Shown: piece after piece, positions 11,221 to 25,777 of the stretch
Layout: the number at the start of each line of letters is the position of its first letter
How positions within the stretch are numbered: the stretch's first letter is position 1
NCBI GenBank assembly: GCA_038087875.1
Contig: JAXLNO010000393.1
Span: 1-37,180, forward strand
DNA length: 37,180 nucleotides
Reading direction: 5' to 3'
Source of the DNA: Malacoraja senta
Taxonomy: Eukaryota
Notes under the pieces: model-generated
The model's database searches: none
Told to the model about the DNA's origin: nothing
Seen by the model: the letters and a program-made list of their open reading frames with translations, nothing else
Made by a program: the position numbers and the translations under genes

Positions 11221-12826
11221 CCCCATCTACACTAGTCCCACCCCGACCACCATGCCCCATCTACACTAGTCCCACCATGACCAACATGCCCCATCTACAC
11301 TAGTCCCACCCCGAACAACATGCCCCATCTACACTAGTCCCACCATGACCAACATGCCCCATCTACACCTAGTCCCACCCCGACCACCATCTACACTAGT
11401 CCCACCCGACCAACATGCCCCATCTACACTAGTCCCACCCCGACCAACATGCCCCATCTACACTAGTCCCACCCCGACCAACATGCCCCATCTACACTAG
11501 TCCCACCCCGACCAACATGCCCCATCTACACTAGTCCCACCATGACCAACATGCCCCATCTACACTAGTCCCACCCCGACCAACATGCCCCATCTACACT
11601 AGTCCACCCCGACCAACATGCCCCATCTACACTAGTCCCACCCGACCAACATGCCCCACTCTACACAGTCCCACCCCGACCAACATGCCCCATCTACACT
11701 AGTCCCACCCCGACCAACATGCCCATCTACACTAGTCCCACCCCGACCAACATGCCCCATCTACACTAGTCCCACCCCGACCAACATGCCCCATCTACAC
11801 TAGTCCCACCCCGACCAACATGCCCCCATCTACACTAGTCCCACCCCGACCAACATGCCCCATCTACACTAGTCCCCACCCCGACCAACATGCCCCATCT
11901 ACACTAGTCCCACCCCGACCAACATGCCCCATCTACACTAGTCCCACCCCGACCAAACATGCCCCATCTACACTAGTCCCACCCCGACCAACATGCCCCT
12001 CTACACTAGTCCCACCCCGACCAACATGCCCCATCTACACTAGTCCCACCCGACCAACATGCCCCATCTACACTAGTCCCACCCCGACCAACATGCCCCA
12101 TCTACACTAGTCCCACCCCGACCAACATGCCCCATCTACACTAGTCCCGCCCCGACCAACATGCCCCATCTACACTAGTCCCACAGTGACCAACATGCCC
12201 CATCTACACTAGTCCCACCCCGACCAACATGCCCCATCTACACTAGTCCAACATGCCCCATCTACACTAGTCCCACCCCGACCAACATGCCCCATCTACA
12301 CTAGTCCCACCCCGACCAACATGCCCCATCTACACTAGTCCCCACCCCGACCAACATGCCCCATCTACACTAGTCCCACAGTGACCAACATGCCCATCTA
12401 CACTAGTCCCACCCCGACCAACATGCCCCATCTACACTAGTCCCACCCCGACCAACATGCCCCATCTACACTAGTCCCACAGTGACCAACATGCCCCATC
12501 TACACTAGTCCCACCCCGACCAACATGCCCCATCTACACTAGTCCCAACATGCCCCATCTACACTAGTCCCACCCCGACCAACATGCCCCATCTACACTA
12601 GTCCCAACATGCCCCATCTACACTAGTCCCACCCCGACCAACATGCCCCATCTACACTAGTCCCAACATGCCCCATCTACACTAGTCCCACCCCGACCAA
12701 CATGCCCCATCTACACTAGTCCCACCCCGACCAACATGCCCCATCTACACTAGTCCCACCCCGACCAACATGCCCCATCTACACTAGTCCCACCCGACCA
12801 ACATGCCCCATCTACACTAGTCCCAC
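11221..12826 (+). repeat. 34-bp minisatellite, array 2
   Basis: Same unit as 3696-5600. Confidence 0.97.
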
Positions 12827-13412
12827 CTGCCCGCGTGTGGCCCATATCCCTCCAAACCTGTCCTATCCATGTACCCTGTCCAAGTGTCTCTTAAACGTTG
12901 CCTCAACTACCTCCTCCGGCAGCTCGTTCCATACACCCACCACCCTCGAAAAGTGTGGAAAAGTTGCCCCTCAGGTTCCTATTCAATCTTTTCCCCTTCA
13001 CCTTGAACCCGTGTCCTCTGGTCCTCGATTCCCCTACTCTGGGCAAGAGACTCTGTGCGTCTTGTCTACCCGATCTATTCCCCTGGTGATTTTGTACACC
13101 TCTATAAGATCGCCCGCCCCTCATCCTCCTGCGCTCCAAGGAATAGAGTCCCAGTCCTGCCCCAACCTCTCCCTGTAGCTCCAGGCCCCTCGAGTCCCGG
13201 CAACATCCTCGTAAATCTTCTCTGAACCCTTTCCAGCTCGACGACATCTTTCCTGTAACACGGTGAATAAAACTGAAACGCAATACTCCAAATGTGGTCT
13301 TGTAGTCCTCAACGTGACCTCCCAACTTATAGACTCAATACTCTGGCCGATGAAGGCCAAGCGTCAAAGCCTTGTTGACCACCTTGTCTACCTGAGACTC
13401 GACCTGCAAGGA
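12827..13412 (-). mobile_element. Degenerate CR1-type LINE, 3' part of ORF2
   Basis: Paralogous to 5601-6180; encodes [21 protein letters not shown] and SRTRGHGFKVKGKRLNRNLRGNF. Confidence 0.85.
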
Positions 13413-13416
13413 ACCC

Positions 13417-13790
13417 TTTGAGGAAGGACATCCTTGCTATTGAGGGAGCCCAGCGTAGGTTCACCAGGTTAATTCCCGGATGGCGGGACTGTCATACGCT
13501 GAGAGAATGGAGCGGCTGGGCTTGTACACTCTGTGGAGTTTAGAAGGATGAGAGGGCATCTCATTGAAACATACGAGATTATTAAGGGTTTGGGACACGC
13601 TAGAGGCAGGAAACATGTTCCCGATGTTGGGGGAGTCCAGAAACCAGGGGCCACACACACACACAGTTTAAGAATAAGGGGTCGGCCATTTGGGACGGAG
13701 ACGAGGAGAAACTTTTCCACCCAGAGAGTTGTGAATCTGTGGCCATTTTGGGACGGAGATGAGGAGAAACTTTTCCACCCAGAGAACTTT
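13417..13790 (+). mobile_element. CR1-type LINE fragment
   Basis: LRKDILAIEGAQRRFTRLIP...EFRRMRGHLIETYEIIKGL; near-copy of 6812-7230. Confidence 0.88.
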
Positions 13791-13794
13791 TCTC

Positions 13795-13844
<50 letters not shown>

Positions 13845-14024
13845 TCTCTCTCTCCCTCTGTAAAACTTCATCACGATATTTTGTGGTTTTTCCTGTATTT
13901 TTTTTACCAATTTCATAACATTTTGGGCGGAAAAACAGTATTTTTTATCAAAAACTATTTCGCAACCTTTAGGAATTAATTTAGTTTTGAAAAACCACAT
14001 CTTTCCTCCCCAAACCTCCCCTCA

Positions 14025-14275
14025 CATGGAAACATGGACAATAGGTGCAGGAGTAGAGGCCATTCGGCCCTTCGAGCCTGCACTGCCATTCAATGTGATC
14101 ATGGCTGATCATCCAACTCAGTATCCCGTACCTGCCTTCTCTCCATACCCCCTGATCCCTTTAGCCACAAGGCCACATCTAACTCCCTCTTAAATATAGC
14201 CCAATGAACTGGCCTCAACTACCCTCTGTGTGGCAGAGAGTTCCACAGATTCACCACTCTCTGTGTGTGGAAAAT
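14025..14275 (-). mobile_element. CR1-type LINE 3' tail
   Basis: ATAGGTGCAGGAGTAGAGGCCATTCGGCCCTTCGAGCC...CATTCAATGTGATCATGGCTGATC. Confidence 0.75.
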
Positions 14276-14288
14276 GTCGGTCCCAAAG

Positions 14289-14899
14289 ACATGTTGGTCG
14301 GGGTGGGACTAGTGTAGATGGGGCATGTTGGTCGGGGTGGGACTAGTGTAGATGGGGCATGTTGGTCGGGTGGGACTAGTGAGCTGGGCATGTTGGTCGG
14401 GGTGGGACTAGTGTAGATGGGGCATGTTGGTCGGGGTGGGACTAGTGTAGATGGGGCATGTTGGTCGGGGTGGGACTAGTGTAGATGGGGCATGTTGGTC
14501 GGGGTGGGACTAGTGTAGATGGGGCATGTTGGTCGGGGTGGACTAGTGTAGATGGGGCATGTTGGTCGGGGTGGGACTAGTGTAGATGGGGCATGTTGGT
14601 CGGGGTGGGACTAGTGTAGATGGGCATGTTGGTTGGGGTGGGACTAGTGTAGATGGGGCATGTTGGTCGGGGTTGGGCCTGGTGTAGATGGGGCATGTTG
14701 GTCGGGGTGGGACTAGTGTAGATGGGGCATGTTGGTCGGGGTGGGACTAGTGTAGATGGGCATGTTGGTCGGGGTGGGACTAGTGTAGATGGGGCATGTT
14801 GGTCGGGGTGGGACTAGTGTAGATGGGGCATGTTGGTCGGGGTGGGACTAGTGTAGATGGGCATGTTGGTCGGGGTGGGACTAGTGTAGATGGGGCATG
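14289..14899 (-). repeat. 34-bp minisatellite, array 3 (inverted)
   Basis: Tandem TGGGACTAGTGTAGATGGGGCATGTTGGTCGGGG. Confidence 0.96.
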
Positions 14900-15406
14900 T
14901 GAGGTTATCCACTTTGGTGGCAAGAACAGGAAGGCAGATTATTATCTAGATGGCGTCAAGTTGGGAAAAGGGGAAGTACAACGGGATCTGGGGGTCCTTG
15001 TTCATCAGTCTATGAAAGTAAGCATGCAGGTACAGCAGGCAGTGAAGAAAGCCAATGGCCTGTTGACCTTTATAACAAGAGGAGTTGAGTCCAGGAGCAA
15101 AGAGGTCCTTCTGCAGTTGTACAGGGCCTGGTGAGACCACACCTGGAGTATTGTGTACAGTTTTGGTCCCCTAATTTGAGGAAGGACATCCTTGCTATTG
15201 AGGGAGCTCAGCGTAGGTTCACCAGGTTAATTCCCGGGATGGCGGGACTGTCATACGCTGAGAGAATGGAGCGGCTGGGCTTGTACACTCTGGAGTTTAG
15301 AAGGATGAGAGGGAATCTCCATTGAAACATATATGAGATTATTAAGGGTTTGGACACGCTAGAGGCAGGAAACATGTTCCCGATGTTGGGGGAGTCCAGA
15401 ACCAGG
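14899..15406 (+). mobile_element. CR1-type LINE RT fragment
   Basis: CEVIHFGGKNRKADYYLDGVKLGKGEVQRDLGVLVHQSMKVSMQVQQAVKKANG and [18 protein letters not shown]. Confidence 0.9.
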
Positions 15407-15414
15407 GTGTTATA

Positions 15415-15455
15415 GTGAGAAGAGAGAGAGAGAGAGGGAGGGAGAGAAAAGTGAG

Positions 15456-15508
<53 letters not shown>

Positions 15509-15583
15509 GTGAGAATGAGAGAGAAGGGAGAGAGTGACAGAGAGAGAGAATGTTTAAATGAGAGAAGGAGAGAGGAGAGAGAG

Positions 15584-15647
<64 letters not shown>

Positions 15648-15651
15648 TGAG

Positions 15652-15689
<38 letters not shown>

Positions 15690-15900
15690 AGAGAGAGAGA
15701 GAGAAGAGAGAGAGAATGTGAATATGAGAGAGAGAGAGAATTGGTGAATGAGAGAGAGAATGTGAAAATAGAGAGAGAGAGAGAGAGAGAGATAGAATTG
15801 GTGAATGAGAGAGAGAATGAGAGAATGGCAGTGAATATGAGAGAGAGAATGAGAGAATGGGAGACGGAGAGAGAGAATGTGTCAGGGAGGCATAGGGAGG
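15415..15900. repeat. (GA)n / GAAT compound microsatellite
   Basis: Seen directly. Confidence 0.93.
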
Positions 15901-15954
15901 AGAGGGGAGGTGGTCAGAGGGAGGGGAGGATGTGGGATTGAGCTTCTGCTCCTG

Positions 15955-15992
15955 AAATTATCTGACCACAGTTAGTTTCCTCTTTGTGGTCT
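15955..15992. promoter_or_regulatory. Candidate haematopoietic element: GATA-RUNX-ETS-RUNX cluster
   Basis: TTATCT 15958-63, GACCACA 15964-70, TTTCCT 15976-81 and TGTGGTC 15985-91, all in a small unique island between microsatellites upstream of NFE2. Confidence 0.6.
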
Positions 15993-16159
15993 CTCGGGGA
16001 GAGAGAGAGCGAGGGAGGGGGAGAGAGGGAGGGAGGGAGGGGAGGGGGAGAGAGAGAGAGATAAAGAGGAGAGGTGGTGCTAGTTGGTCGAGGAACACAG
16101 ATAGAGGAGGAAAGAGAGAGAGACAGAGAGAGAGACAGAGAGAGAGACACAGGGAGAGA

Positions 16160-16231
16160 GACGGCCGATCTCTCTCTCTCCTTTCCTCCCCTGCCTCCTT
16201 CCCCTCTCTCCCCCCAGCGCGGAGTCTTGCG
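16160..16231 (+). other. Candidate non-coding upstream exon of NFE2 (5' boundary unknown)
   Basis: CpG-containing unique island ending GCG|GTAAGT (GT at 16232-33). A matching acceptor is available at 19306. Confidence 0.45.
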
Positions 16232-16269
16232 GTAAGTACGGGGGTATCGATCGCGAATAAGAGGGAGGG

Positions 16270-19230
<2,961 letters not shown>

Positions 19231-19231
19231 T

Positions 19232-19306
19232 CTGGGCGTGCGGGCTTGAGCGGGGAAGTGTGTGACTTTGAGATAAAGCCTCTCTCATTTTATCTCCCAC
19301 GTACAG
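19232..19306 (+). promoter_or_regulatory. Candidate erythroid promoter: KLF/Sp, ETS and an inverted GATA pair
   Basis: GGGCGTG 19234-40, GGAAGT 19254-59, AGATAA 19271-76 and TTATCT 19290-95. A further AGATAA lies at 19485-90. Confidence 0.6.
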
Positions 19307-19376
19307 GGACGCCAAGACTCCGGGCGTCAGAGCTTGCGGCCGATCTAACCCTCCCCCCCCGCCCCACCCACCACCG

Positions 19377-19418
19377 ATGTGTTCCCATCCCTTGCCCCAT
19401 CTGGGGGCTAGCACAGAG
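19377..19418 (+). CDS. NFE2: NFE2 first coding exon: MCSHPLPHLGASTE (exon possibly 19307-19418)
   Basis: ATG at 19377, 14 codons, strong GAG|GTAAGG donor in phase 0, compatible with the acceptor at 25195. Upstream acceptor ..cccacgtacag| at 19306. Confidence 0.65.
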
Positions 19419-19499
19419 GTAAGGAACGGCCTCCTCATCCGCCCCCCCTCCCTCCTCCCATGAGTAAACTTGAACCAGACTTTGAGATAAGGTCAAACT

Positions 19500-19606
19500 C
19501 TGAACCGAACTCAAGTAAAAGTTCAACGAAACTTTGAAACTAATTCCTCTCTCTCCCCCTCTCTCTCTCTCTCTCTCTCCCTCTCTCTCCCTCTCTCTCT
19601 CTCCCC

Positions 19607-19637
<31 letters not shown>

Positions 19638-20555
19638 CACTCTCTCTTAAAATGAAAAACTAAACTTTTAAAAACTTTAGTAAAACTTCAACGAAACTTT
19701 GAACTAATTTCTCTCTCTCCCCCTCTCTCTCCCACTCTCCCCCTCTCTCTCCCACTCTCTCTCTCTCTCTCCCGCTCTCTGTCTCTCTCCCCCTCTGTCT
19801 CTCTGTCTCTCTCCCCCTCTGTCTCTCTCTCTCTCTCCCTCTCTCTCTCCCTCTCTCTCTCTCTCTTCTCTCTCTCTCTCCCCCTCTCTCTCTCCCCCTC
19901 TCTCTCTCCCCCTCTCTCTCTCTCTCTCTCTCTCTCCTCTCTCTCCCCCTCTCTCTCTCTCCCCCTCTCTCTCTATCTCTCTCCCCCTCTCTCCCCCCTC
20001 TCTCTCTCTCCTCTCTCTCCCTCTCTCCCCTCTCTCTAGCAAAACTACTCGAAAACCAAATTAGACATAAACTTCAACGAGACTTTAAACTAAAATGAAA
20101 CTAAACTTTAAAAAACTTTAGTAAAACTTCAACGAAACTTTAAACAAATTTCTCTCTCTCCCCCCCTCTCTCTGTCTCTCTCCCCCTCTGTCTCTCTGTC
20201 TCTCTCCCTGTCTCTCTCTGTCTCTCTCTGTCTCTCTCCCCTCTCTTAAAATGAAAAACTAAACTAAACGAGTTTAAACTAAAACAAAACTCTAAAAAAC
20301 TTCACTAAAACTCGAGTAAAAGTTCAACGAAACTTTAAACTAATTTCCTCTCTCTCTCTCCCCCCTCTCTCTCTCTGCTCTCTCCCCCTCTCTATCTCCC
20401 CCTCTCTCCCCCCCCCTCTCTCTGAGAAACTAAACTAGCAAAACTACTCGAAAAACAAATGAGACACAAACTTAAACGAAACTTTGAAACGAGTTTAAAC
20501 TAAAATGTAACGTTAAAAACTTCACTGAAACTCGAGTTAAACTTCAACGAAACCA
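19500..20555. repeat. Interspersed (CT)n tracts and AAACT-rich repeated units
   Basis: AAA(C/G)TTCAACGAAACTTT(G/A)AA recurs about 7 times between CT tracts. Confidence 0.85.
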
Positions 20556-23500
20556 ACCCAGCCCAACTCAACCCAACCATCCCAAACTCAACCCAAACAA
20601 ACTCAAACTAAACTAGAGTAAGTCTCCAATTCCTAACACTAACCTTAACCTAACCCAACCCAAAACTCAACCCAACTCAACCCATCCCAAACTCAACCCA
20701 ACCCAACTCACCCCAACTGTACACTGTGGACGGCTCGATTGTAACCATGTCCAGTCTTCCCGCTGACTGGATAGCTCTCGACAAGAAAGATTTTCACTGA
20801 ACCTCGCTACACGGGACAACAAACTAGAGACAACAAACTAGACTGAATTCTCTGTCTTCTCAGAGAACGACATGCTGTCTTGATTCGAACTACGGGACGA
20901 TGCATGGTTTTCCAATTCCTAACCCTAACCCTAACCCAACCCAATCAAACTCAACTCAACCCAGCCCAACTCAACCCATCCCAAACTCAACCCAACCCAA
21001 CCCAAACAAACCCAGCCCAACTCAACCCATCCCAAACTCAACCCAACCCAATTCAACCCAACTCCACTCAACCCAACCAAACTCAAACTAAACTAGAGTA
21101 AGTCTCCAATTCCTAACCCTAACCTTAACCCTAACCCAACCCAACCCAACTCAACCCATCCCAACCAAACTCAACTCAACTCAACTCAATCAAACACAAC
21201 TCAACTCAGCCTAACTCAACCCAACCCATCCCAACCCATCCCAACTCAACCCAACGCAACCCATCCCAAACTCAACCCAACTCAACCCATCCCAACTCAA
21301 CCCATCCCAACTCAACCCATCCCAGCCCAACCCATCCCAACTCAACCCATCCCAAACTCAACCCAACTCAACCCAAACAAACTCAACTCAACCCAATCAA
21401 ACCCAACCCATCTCAACCCAATCAAACCCAACTCCACTCAACCTAACCCAACCAAACTCAAACTAAACTAGAGTAAGTCTCCAATTCCTAACCCTAACCT
21501 TAACCCTAACCCAATCAAACTCAACTCAACCCATCCCGACCAAACTCAACTCAACCCAACTCAATCAAACCCAACCCAACTCACCCCAACTGTACACTGT
21601 GGATGGCTCGATTGTAATCATGCCCAGTCTTCCCGCTGACTGGATAGCTCGCGACAAGAAAGCTTTTCACTGAACCTCGCTACACGGGACAACAAACTCG
21701 ACTGAATTATCTTCCTTCTCAGCGAACGACATGCTGTCTTGGTTCAAACTATGGGACGATGCATGGTTTTCCAATTCCTAACCCTAACCCAACTCCACCC
21801 AACCCCACTCAACTCAACCCAACCCAACTCAACCCAACCCAACTCAACCCAACCCAACTCAACCAAACTCAACCCAGCCCATCCCAACCTAACTCAACCC
21901 ATCCCAAACTCAACCCAACCCAAACAAACTCAACCCAACCAAACTCAACCCAACCAAACTCAAACTAAATTAGAGTAAGTCTCCAATTCCTAACCCTAAC
22001 CTTAACCCTAACCCAACTCAACCCATCCCAAACTCACCCCAACTCAACCCATCCCAAACTCAACCCAACCAAACTCAACCCAACCGAACCCAACTCATCC
22101 CAAACTCAACCCAACTCAACCCAACCCAAACAAACGCAACCCAACCAAACTCAACCCAGCCCAATTCAACCCATCCCCACTCAACCCAACCAAACTCAAC
22201 CCAACTCCACTCAACCCAACCAAACTCAAACTAAACTAGAGTAAGTCTCCAATTCCTAACACTAACCTTAACCCTAACTCAACCCAACTCAACCCAACTC
22301 AACCCATCCCAAACTCAACCCAACCCAACTCCACTCAACCCAACCCAACTCACCCCAACTGTCCACTGTACACGGCTCGATTGTAATCATGTCCAGTCTT
22401 CCCGCTGACTGGATAGCTCGCGACAAGAAAGATTTTCACTGAACCTCGCCACACGGGACAACAAACTCGACTGAATTATCTTCCTTCTCAGAGAACGACA
22501 TGCTGTCTTGGTTCAAACTATGGGACAATGCATGGTTTTCCAATTCCTAACCCTAACCCAACTCCACCCAACCCCACTCAACCCAACCCAACCCAACTCA
22601 ACCCAACCCATCCCAACTCAACCCATCCTAACTCAACCCAACGCAACCCAACTCAACCCATCCCAAACTCAACCCAACCAAACTCAACCCAATTCAACCC
22701 AACTCCACTCAACCCAACCAAACTCAAACTAGACTAGAGTAAGTCTCCAATTCCTAACCCTAACCTTAACCCTAACCCAACTCAACCCATCCCAAACTCA
22801 ACCCAACTCAATCCAACCAAACTCAACCCAACCGAACCCAACTCATCCCAAACTCAACCCAACTCAACCCAACCCAAACAAACGCAACCCAACCAAACTC
22901 AACCCAATTCAACCCAACTCCACTCAACCCAACCAAACTCAAACTAAACTAGAGTAAGTCTCCAATTCCTAACACTAAGCTTAAACCTAACCCAACCCAA
23001 CCCAACCCAACCCATCCCAACCCAACCCATCCCAACTCAACCCAACGCAACCCAACTCAACCCATCCCAAACTCAACCCATCCCAAACTCAACCTAACTC
23101 AACCCATCCCAACTCAACCCAACCCAACTCCACTCAACCTAACCCAACTCAACCCAACCAAACTCAAACTAAACTAGGGTCTCCAATTCCTAACCCTAAC
23201 CTTAACGCTAACCCAATCAAACTCAACTCATCCCAACCAAACCAAACTCAACTCAACCCAACCCAACCAAACTCAACTCACCCCAACTGTACACTGTGGA
23301 CGGCTCGATTGTAATCATGTCGTCTTCCCGCTGACTGGATAGCTCGCGACAAGAAAGCTTTTCACTGAACCTCGCCACACGGGACAACAAACTGGACTGA
23401 ATTCTCTTCCTTCTCAGAGAACGACATGCTGTCTTGATTTGAACTATGGGATGATGCATGGTTTTCCAATTCCTAACCCTAACCCAACTCAACCCAACCC

Positions 23501-25255
23501 AACCCAACCCATCCCAACTCAACCCATCCTAACTCAACCCAACGCAACCCAACTCAACCCATCCCAAACTCAACCCAACTCAACCCAACCAAACTCAACC
23601 CAATTCAACCCAACTCCACTCAACCCAACCAAACTCAAACTAGACTAGAGTAAGTCTCCAATTCCTAACCCTAACCTTAACCCTAACCCAACTCAACCCA
23701 TCCCAAACTCAACCCAACTCAATCCAACCAAACTCAACCCAACCGAACCCAACTCATCCCAAACTCAACCCAACTCAACCCAACCCAAACAAACGCAACC
23801 CAACCAAACTCAACCCAATTCAACCCAACTCCACTCAACCCAACCAAACTCAAACTAAACTAGAGTAAGTCTCCAATTCCTAACACTAAGCTTAAACCTA
23901 ACCCAACCCATCCCAACCCAACCCATCCCAACTCAACCCATCCCAACTCAACCCAACGCAACCCAACTCAACCCATCCCAAACTCAACCCATCCCAAACT
24001 CAACCTAACTCAACTCATCCCAACTCAACCCAACCCAACTCAACCTAACCCAACTCAACCCAACCAAACTCAAACTAAACTAGGGTCTCCAATTCCTAAC
24101 CCTAACCTTAACGCTAACCCAATCAAACTCAACTCATCCCAACCAAACCAAACTCAACTCAACCCAACCCAACCAAACCCAACTCACCCCAACTGTACAC
24201 TGTGGACGGCTCGATTGTAACCATGTCCAGTCTTTCCCGCTGACTGGATAGCTCGCGACAAGAAAGCTTTTCACTGAACCTCGCTACACGGGACAACAAA
24301 CTCCACTGAATTCTCTTCCTTCTCAGAGAACGACATGCTGTCTTGGTTCAAACTATGGGACGATGCATGGTTTTCCAATTCCTAACCCTAACCCAACTCA
24401 ACCCAACTCAACCCAGCCCATCCCAACTCAACCCATCCCAACTCAACCCATCAAAACTCAACCCAGCCCAACTCAACCCAGCCCAACTCAACCCATCCCT
24501 ACTCAACTCAACCCATCCCTACTCAACTCAACCCCACTTAACTCAACCCAACTCCACCCAACCCAACTCAATCCAACCCAACCCAACCCAGCCCAACTCA
24601 ACCCAACCTAACTCAACCTAACTCAACCCATCCCAACTCAACCCAACCCATCCCAACTCCACTCAACCCATCCCAACTCAACCCATCCCAGCCCAACCCA
24701 TCCCAACTCAACCCATCCCAACTCAACCCATCCCAACTCAACCGAACCCATCCCTACTCAACTCAACCCCACTTAACTCAACCCAACTCCACCCAACCCA
24801 ACTCAATCCAACCCAACCCAACTCAACCCAACCTAACTCAACCCATCCCAACTCAACCCATCCCAACTCAACCCAACCCATCCCAACTCAACCCATCCCA
24901 ACTCCAACTCAACCTAACCCAACTCAACCCAACCAAACTCAAACTAAACTAGGGTCTCCAATTCCTAACCCTAACCTTAACGCTAACCCAATCAAACTCA
25001 ACTCATCCCAACCAAACCAAACTCAACTCAACCCAACCCAACCAAACCCAACTCACCCCAACTGTACACTGTGGACGGCTCGATTGTAACCATGTCCAGT
25101 CTTTCCCGCTGACTGGATAGCTCGCGACAAGAAAGCTTCTCGCTGAACCTCGCCACACGGGACAACAAACTCGACTGAATTCTCTTCCTTCTCAGAGAAC
25201 GACATGCTGTCTTGGTTCGAACTACGGGACGATGCATGGTTTTCCCATTCCCAAT
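20556..25255 (+). repeat. Higher-order tandem array (~770-930 bp, 6 units): (CCAAC/TCAAC)n + retroposon-like tail + NFE2 acceptor/exon start
   Basis: A ~200-bp unique block CTGTACACTGTGGACGGCTCGATTGTAA...CTTCTCAG|AGAACGACATGCTGTC...ATGCATGGTTTTCC occurs six times. Exon-start positions are 20864, 21723, 22492, 23418, 24327 and 25196. Confidence 0.95.
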
Positions 25256-25372
25256 TTTCCCGGGAATCCCGGCGCGACATTCCCGAAATTCCTACCTTCC
25301 TTGGAAGAAAGTTCGCAGTGTGCGGAAGTGGAGATTAACTGGCAGGAACTGCTGTCTCTGACTGAGTTGGAG
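25196..25372 (+). CDS. NFE2: NFE2 second coding exon (RTTCCLGSNYGTMHGFPIPNFPG...EVEINWQELLSLTELE); alternative in-frame acceptor at 25318
   Basis: EVEINWQELLSLTELE matches the CNC-family motif (human NFE2 EMELTWQEIMSITELQ) and ends in GAG|GTGAGT. Acceptor ttctcttccttctcag| is in phase 0. The 3' boundary is firm; the 5' boundary is inferred. Confidence 0.8.
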
Positions 25373-25777
25373 GTGAGTGTGAGGGGGGAGAGAGAGAGGG
25401 GAGAGAGAGAGGGAGGGGGAGAGAGGGAGGGGAGATAGAGGGAGGGGGGAGAGAGGGAGGGGAGATAGAGGGAGGGGTAGAGAGTAAATATATTTTTTAG
25501 AGAATATTACAATTTATTAAAGAGAGAGGGGAGAGAGAGGGGGGGAGAGATAGAGGGGGGAGAGATAGAGGGCAGAGAGAGAGGGGGAGAGAGATAGAGG
25601 GCAGAGAGAGAGATAGAGGAGAGAGGGGGGAGAGAAAGTATATTTTTAGAGAATATTCCAATTTATTAAAGAGGGGGGAGAGTAAATATATTTTTAGAGA
25701 ATATTGAGAGAGAGAGGGCAAAGGGAGAGAGCTTCACTGTGTGTCTGACCCCGTCTCTCTCTCTCTATCTGTTTCAG

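Noticed and set aside
3696..14899. CRISPR-like regular arrays
   Set aside because: Head-to-tail repeats with no unique spacers and no cas genes, in a vertebrate context.
25739..25777. ORF-track start of the 407-aa bZIP ORF
   Set aside because: A GTG inside the intronic pyrimidine tract; the exon begins at 25778 after tttcag.
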